Of a stretch of DNA of 64,000 bases, positions 59,806 through 64,000 are shown in pieces. Made by a program: the position numbers and the translations under genes. Source of the DNA: Candidatus Latescibacterota bacterium (GTDB taxonomy: Bacteria; Latescibacterota; UBA2968; UBA8231); contig OY730476.1 in the NCBI GenBank assembly GCA_963422735.1, forward strand, positions 2,976,001 through 3,040,000, in the 5' to 3' direction. Numbering within the stretch: position 1 is the first letter of the stretch; every line of letters starts with the position of its first letter. The notes under the pieces are model-generated. The model made no database searches. It was not told the DNA's origin and was given only the letters and a program-made list of their open reading frames with translations.

Positions 59806-62800
59806 ATGTTCCCAAAGTTGACATTAATGCTTCTCCTCTGCCTAAGCACCCAGAGCTGGGCGCAAACGAGCGCAGAGGATGACTTCAAACTGGCCAGCAA
59901 CCTCTTCCGGGACGCCGGCGATTATGCCACGGCCGCCGCGCTATTCGCCGAGTTTATTCACAACTATCCCGATTATCCGCAACTGGCCGAGGCCCGCCTG
60001 ATGCTAGCGCGTGCGTACCGCCAGAGCGGCCGTTGCGACCTAGCGGTGCCGGCCTACGAGACGTTTCATCTCGAACATCCCGATCACTTGAGCACTGCCG
60101 ACGCACAGAGAGAGAGAGCGGCCTGTTTGGCCGAACAAGGTGAGTACTTGCTGGCTGCCCGGTCATACGAAGAGGTGCAGCGTCGTTTCAGTGCCAGCAA
60201 ATTCGCCGCCAGTACCCTAATTGACGCAGCGGTTAATTATACCCGCGCCGAAAATTTGCGGCAAGCCGAAGCTGCTTATGGACGTCTGCTAACCGACTAC
60301 GCGACTTCTGCCCAAGTGCATTTGGCGCGCTATCGGCTAGCCCAGCTGCGCTTTGCCGCTGGTCGGGCCGAAGAAGCCCAACAGCTCCTTGGGAAAATCG
60401 CTTCCACTACACCGCCGCCGCCTGAGGCCCCTAGCGCCATGCTCCTCGGAGGGCGCATCGCGTTCTTTATGGGCAATAGGGAAACCGCTGAGAAGCGATT
60501 CAAATCGCTGGAGCGGCACTTTCCCGCGGCGGCGCAGACCGATAGTGCTTATCTAGATCGCGCAGACTATCTCTATAGATCGCGCCTCTTTCGCCAAGCC
60601 GGGGACGCCTATCAGCGGGCCTTTAACAAAATTGACGACCGCTCCCTCAAAGAACACGCGCTCCTAGGGCTAGCCGATGCCCGGCGGCAGAGTCGGCAGA
60701 CGCGCGAAGCCATCGCCCATTACAACGAGGTAAGCGCCGTGCTCCAACCCGACCACCCCGCTTACCTCAAGGCACGGCTAGGCCGGGCCATCGCCTTAGG
60801 CCAAGCCGGACAATTCGCCCTCTCGGTAGGTTTGTTTCAAGGATTGATCCAGATCGGCAGCCCCGAAGCCACCAGTGCTCTAAGGGAACTGGGCGTTCTC
60901 TACAAGCAGCGCGGCGACCACAGCCGTGCAATAACCTGGTATCGCCGCTATCTACAGAAAGCCGATGCGGCCACCGACGCCGACGCCGTGCGTTTCGAGC
61001 TCGCCGAACTCTATGCCTCAACCGGCTACTACGAAGAAGCCATCGCTCTCTATCGCCGGCTAGCGTCGGGCCAAGACGAGGTAGCAACCAAAGCGCAATT
61101 CGCCCTCGCCCAAACCTTTGAGCAAAGTAGACAGCCGCGTACAGCACTGCGCGAATACGTGGCCTTTCTCGAACTCTTCCCCGCCGACCGCCAGAGCGAG
61201 GAGGTGCGCGAGCGAATCGAATATCTGCGCGAATTCACCGTCTTGGACCCGGCCGGCCTCAACCGGGCCTTACAAAAAGCCTGGATCGACGAGTTAAGCG
61301 GCAAGTCGCGCCAGCTAGTGCAGCTATATGTCGCCCGGGTGCTGTTCTCGCACCACGATTTTGTAGCTGCCGCCCAATCTTTCAAATACTACGCCGCGGC
61401 CTATCCAGACGACCACAATAGCAACGAGGCACAGTACTTTCTGGCAGAAAGTTTGCTCCGGCTCGCCCGCCAACACCAGCTAGAGGCGCAGCCTGTCAGC
61501 GCGGACTCGCTGCGGATTCTAGCCTTACGGGAATACCGCATTCTTGCCGAGCAATCCTCCACCGACAGCACTATTCTCGCTGAGCAATCCCCCGCCGATA
61601 GCCCCTGGGCCCGACGCGCACGACTGCGCCTCATTAAACTCGAAGCCGAGGACAGCCCCGATTCGTTGCGGTTATTCACTCTCGAAAAGGGGATTGCCGC
61701 TTTCGTCGCCGAGTTTTCCGAGGGCCAAGGAGCCGACCTAGACCAAGCCCTTTTGCAGCTAGGCGATGCCCGACGCCAGCTCGGGGCGACCGATAGCACT
61801 TGGCTCGACGGGGCCATTGCGGCCTACGACCAGCTCCGCCGGCTCTCTTCCGACAGTCCACTCGTGCCCCACGCTCTGTACGGCAAGGGTCTTTGCCTAG
61901 TGCAAAAAAGCCAACACAAAGCGGCGGCCGACTTGCTCGATCGCGTTTTGCAAGACTATCCCGACAGTCCGCTGACGGCACCGGTGCTCTTCGAGCTAGG
62001 CCATATCCGCTTGGCGCAAGAGCGGCCCCAAGAAGCCATCGCCCGACTGCAAGAGTTGCGCTGGGGCTACCCGGCTTTTCCCCAACGCCGCGCTGCACAG
62101 AAACTGCTAGGCGACACCTATTTTCAGCTCGGCCAATACGCCGCCGCCATCGAGTTGTACCAACCACTGGTCTCCAGCTCGACAATCACCGACGACAGAG
62201 GGCCGATCCTCCGACGAATGGGCCGCGCTTATCATCACCTCAGCCGCTATGGCGAGGCCATGGAAACCTATAGGCAAATACTCGCCGAAGAGCCAAATCC
62301 GGCTGGGCTAGACAGCATTTACTTCGCCCAAGCGGTACTGCAACTGGGGCTAGGGCAAGAAGACGAGGCATTTCGGCTCTTCCAAAAGGTAGGCCGAGAG
62401 TTTGCATCCGGAGGGTTGGCAGCCGAAGCCTCGGCGCGGGCCGGCCATATCGCCTTTGTCCGACAGCAATACAAGAAAGCCTACCAGCTTTATCAGCCCT
62501 TGCTGAAGCAGAGCGAGGATACCCTGATCCACGGACAAGCCGTCCTCGCCCTGTTCCGACTCAAGCGCATAGAGGAGGGGCGCAAAGCAGCCAAGCGCTT
62601 TGCCAAGCACTTCAAGGAGGAGACGGAGTGGCGTCAACACTTCCGGGTTGAAGAAGGGAAATGCTATTTGCAGGCTGGCAACTATAAGAAGGGACACGAG
62701 CTGTTTCAAGAAGTGGAAAAGCAAGGAGGTACGTGGGCCGACGACGGGGCCTATTGGATGGCAGTGACCCTGTGGAAGCGAAACAAGGTGACGCCCAGCG

Positions 62801-63498
62801 AGGAAGGGGCGGCGCACGCGTTGGAGGCCATATCGCGCTTTGTACGGGAATATCCGACAAGTCCCCATGTAGCCGATGCCTACTTGCGCCTAGGCGGCTA
62901 TCACTTTTCGCTGCACAACTTCCTGCAAGCGGCAGGGGCCTACAAACACGCCTTGGACGCGCCAGAAGTCAGTAGCGAACAGGCCCAAGATGCGATGTGG
63001 AACCTCCTCAAGAGCTACCAGAGCGCCCACGAGTACGAGGCCGCTCACCAAGTGGCCAATCAGCTACTGAGCCAGTACCCCGAGCACCCCAAAGCCATCG
63101 ATGTCCAACTCGAACTGGGTATCATCCTCAAGAATAAGGGACAATACGCCCAAGCCGTTGAACAGCTAAACGACCTGCTCTCCCAACAGCTACTCGATGG
63201 CAATAGTGCTTCCGAAGCCCGGTTTTACATCGGCGAATCCTATCAGAACATGGGCGAATACCGCAAAGCTATCCAAGCCTATTACAAAGTCAGCTACCAC
63301 GGTGCCGAAGGACTCAGCATGTGGATCACCTCGGCGGACTTCCAGCGCGCCCGCTGCCACGAATCGCTGGGCGAACATGCCACGGCCATGACCATCTACG
63401 AGCGCATCGCACGTCGCGAAGGGGGCCAGAGTCCACAGGGGGCACTAGCCCGCGAGCGGATCGATACCCTGCGCCCCAAGCTGGAAACCCTCAACTGA
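59806..63498 (+). CDS. Large secreted tetratricopeptide-repeat protein
   Basis: Signal peptide (LMLLLCLSTQSWA), then many TPR units with YP.S turn motifs; start uncertain (59800 or 59806). Confidence 0.88.
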   Translation: MFPKLTLMLLLCLSTQSWAQTSAEDDFKLASNLFRDAGDYATAAALFAEFIHNYPDYPQLAEARLMLARAYRQSGRCDLAVPAYETFHLEHPDHLSTADAQRERAACLAEQGEYLLAARSYEEVQRRFSASKFAASTLIDAAVNYTRAENLRQAEAAYGRLLTDYATSAQVHLARYRLAQLRFAAGRAEEAQQLLGKIASTTPPPPEAPSAMLLGGRIAFFMGNRETAEKRFKSLERHFPAAAQTDSAYLDRADYLYRSRLFRQAGDAYQRAFNKIDDRSLKEHALLGLADARRQSRQTREAIAHYNEVSAVLQPDHPAYLKARLGRAIALGQAGQFALSVGLFQGLIQIGSPEATSALRELGVLYKQRGDHSRAITWYRRYLQKADAATDADAVRFELAELYASTGYYEEAIALYRRLASGQDEVATKAQFALAQTFEQSRQPRTALREYVAFLELFPADRQSEEVRERIEYLREFTVLDPAGLNRALQKAWIDELSGKSRQLVQLYVARVLFSHHDFVAAAQSFKYYAAAYPDDHNSNEAQYFLAESLLRLARQHQLEAQPVSADSLRILALREYRILAEQSSTDSTILAEQSPADSPWARRARLRLIKLEAEDSPDSLRLFTLEKGIAAFVAEFSEGQGADLDQALLQLGDARRQLGATDSTWLDGAIAAYDQLRRLSSDSPLVPHALYGKGLCLVQKSQHKAAADLLDRVLQDYPDSPLTAPVLFELGHIRLAQERPQEAIARLQELRWGYPAFPQRRAAQKLLGDTYFQLGQYAAAIELYQPLVSSSTITDDRGPILRRMGRAYHHLSRYGEAMETYRQILAEEPNPAGLDSIYFAQAVLQLGLGQEDEAFRLFQKVGREFASGGLAAEASARAGHIAFVRQQYKKAYQLYQPLLKQSEDTLIHGQAVLALFRLKRIEEGRKAAKRFAKHFKEETEWRQHFRVEEGKCYLQAGNYKKGHELFQEVEKQGGTWADDGAYWMAVTLWKRNKVTPSEEGAAHALEAISRFVREYPTSPHVADAYLRLGGYHFSLHNFLQAAGAYKHALDAPEVSSEQAQDAMWNLLKSYQSAHEYEAAHQVANQLLSQYPEHPKAIDVQLELGIILKNKGQYAQAVEQLNDLLSQQLLDGNSASEARFYIGESYQNMGEYRKAIQAYYKVSYHGAEGLSMWITSADFQRARCHESLGEHATAMTIYERIARREGGQSPQGALARERIDTLRPKLETLN

Positions 63499-63520
63499 GG
63501 AGACGCCAGCAGAGAGTACC

Positions 63521-64000
63521 ATGGCTCCGACTCAACGTCACATTCTGCTCCTGACCCAGCGGGCAGAGCTAGAAGCGGAGTTCAAGTCCGCGGTCCATGA
63601 CGTGCGGCTGCGCGTACTCAACGCGGCTAACGGCGATGGGCTTGAGCCGCGGCTGCGGCGCGGGGTGGATCTGATCGCCTTTGATATGGAACTCCCGCCC
63701 GCCGTCCTAGCAGCGGGCGTCGCCGCACTCGACCAGCACCGCGATGTGCCCGTACTAGCCTTGGGCAAAGCCGATGAGCACTGGGACCGACTTTTGTGGG
63801 ACTCGCCTCTCAAAGACCAAGTCGCCGTGCCCTTTGAGGCCGAAGTCCTGCGCCAACATTTGGACCAGTTACTAGAGCGAGGGGACTTTTTGCACGGGGC
63901 CGAGCTGGTGGGTCAGTCTTCCTTAATGCGCCAATTGCGCGAACGCATCTTAATCGTGGCACTGACGCCGGTCTCCTCTATCCTACTGACGGGCGAAAGC
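63521..64000 (+). CDS. Sigma54-dependent (NtrC-like) transcriptional activator, partial
   Basis: Not in ORF track. Open frame to the window end: degenerate receiver-like domain, then ELVGQSSLMRQLRERI..VA.TP..ILLTGES (start of Walker A). Confidence 0.85.
   Translation, partial: MAPTQRHILLLTQRAELEAEFKSAVHDVRLRVLNAANGDGLEPRLRRGVDLIAFDMELPPAVLAAGVAALDQHRDVPVLALGKADEHWDRLLWDSPLKDQVAVPFEAEVLRQHLDQLLERGDFLHGAELVGQSSLMRQLRERILIVALTPVSSILLTGES

Overview
A GC-rich bacterial chromosome segment that is mostly housekeeping and metabolic. It carries groEL with a CIRCE box, lipB-icd-moaC, a CdaA-type diadenylate cyclase, an nfeD-nfeD-floA operon, hrpA, htpG-proA, gap, and an ispE-tRNA-Gln-rplY-pth-hppA-rpsF-DUF2232-rplI cluster. 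There are three tRNAs: Leu-CAA, Sec-UCA and Gln-UUG. The several PhyH-family dioxygenases, Gfo/Idh/MocA oxidoreductases, discoidin/FlgD-type secreted proteins and CARDB relic resemble Latescibacterota-like, possibly host-associated, genomes; this placement is inference only. Interspersed are small AT-richer defence/toxin-antitoxin (TA) islets: Xre-RES plus a GmrSD remnant at tRNA-Leu, AbrB plus a frameshifted zinc-ribbon PIN toxin, and an SBD-HNH nuclease beside a dead IS4. Many accessory genes are decayed while core genes are intact. I found no CRISPR array, prophage or integrase, and no clear-cut complete novel multi-gene system. The best leads are a dispersed structured repeat family (core CCTAAAGGCGCGGTGAAGC, once nested in another repeat), a (CCACTGA)11 array, and the PIN toxin broken by a 4-bp duplication. 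Also notable are a ribosomal cluster lacking rpsR and prs but containing hppA, an aldehyde dehydrogenase lacking the catalytic Glu, a tail-anchored protein built from perfect 54-bp repeats, and heavy TAG stop usage. All family calls come from motif recognition by eye, not database searches.
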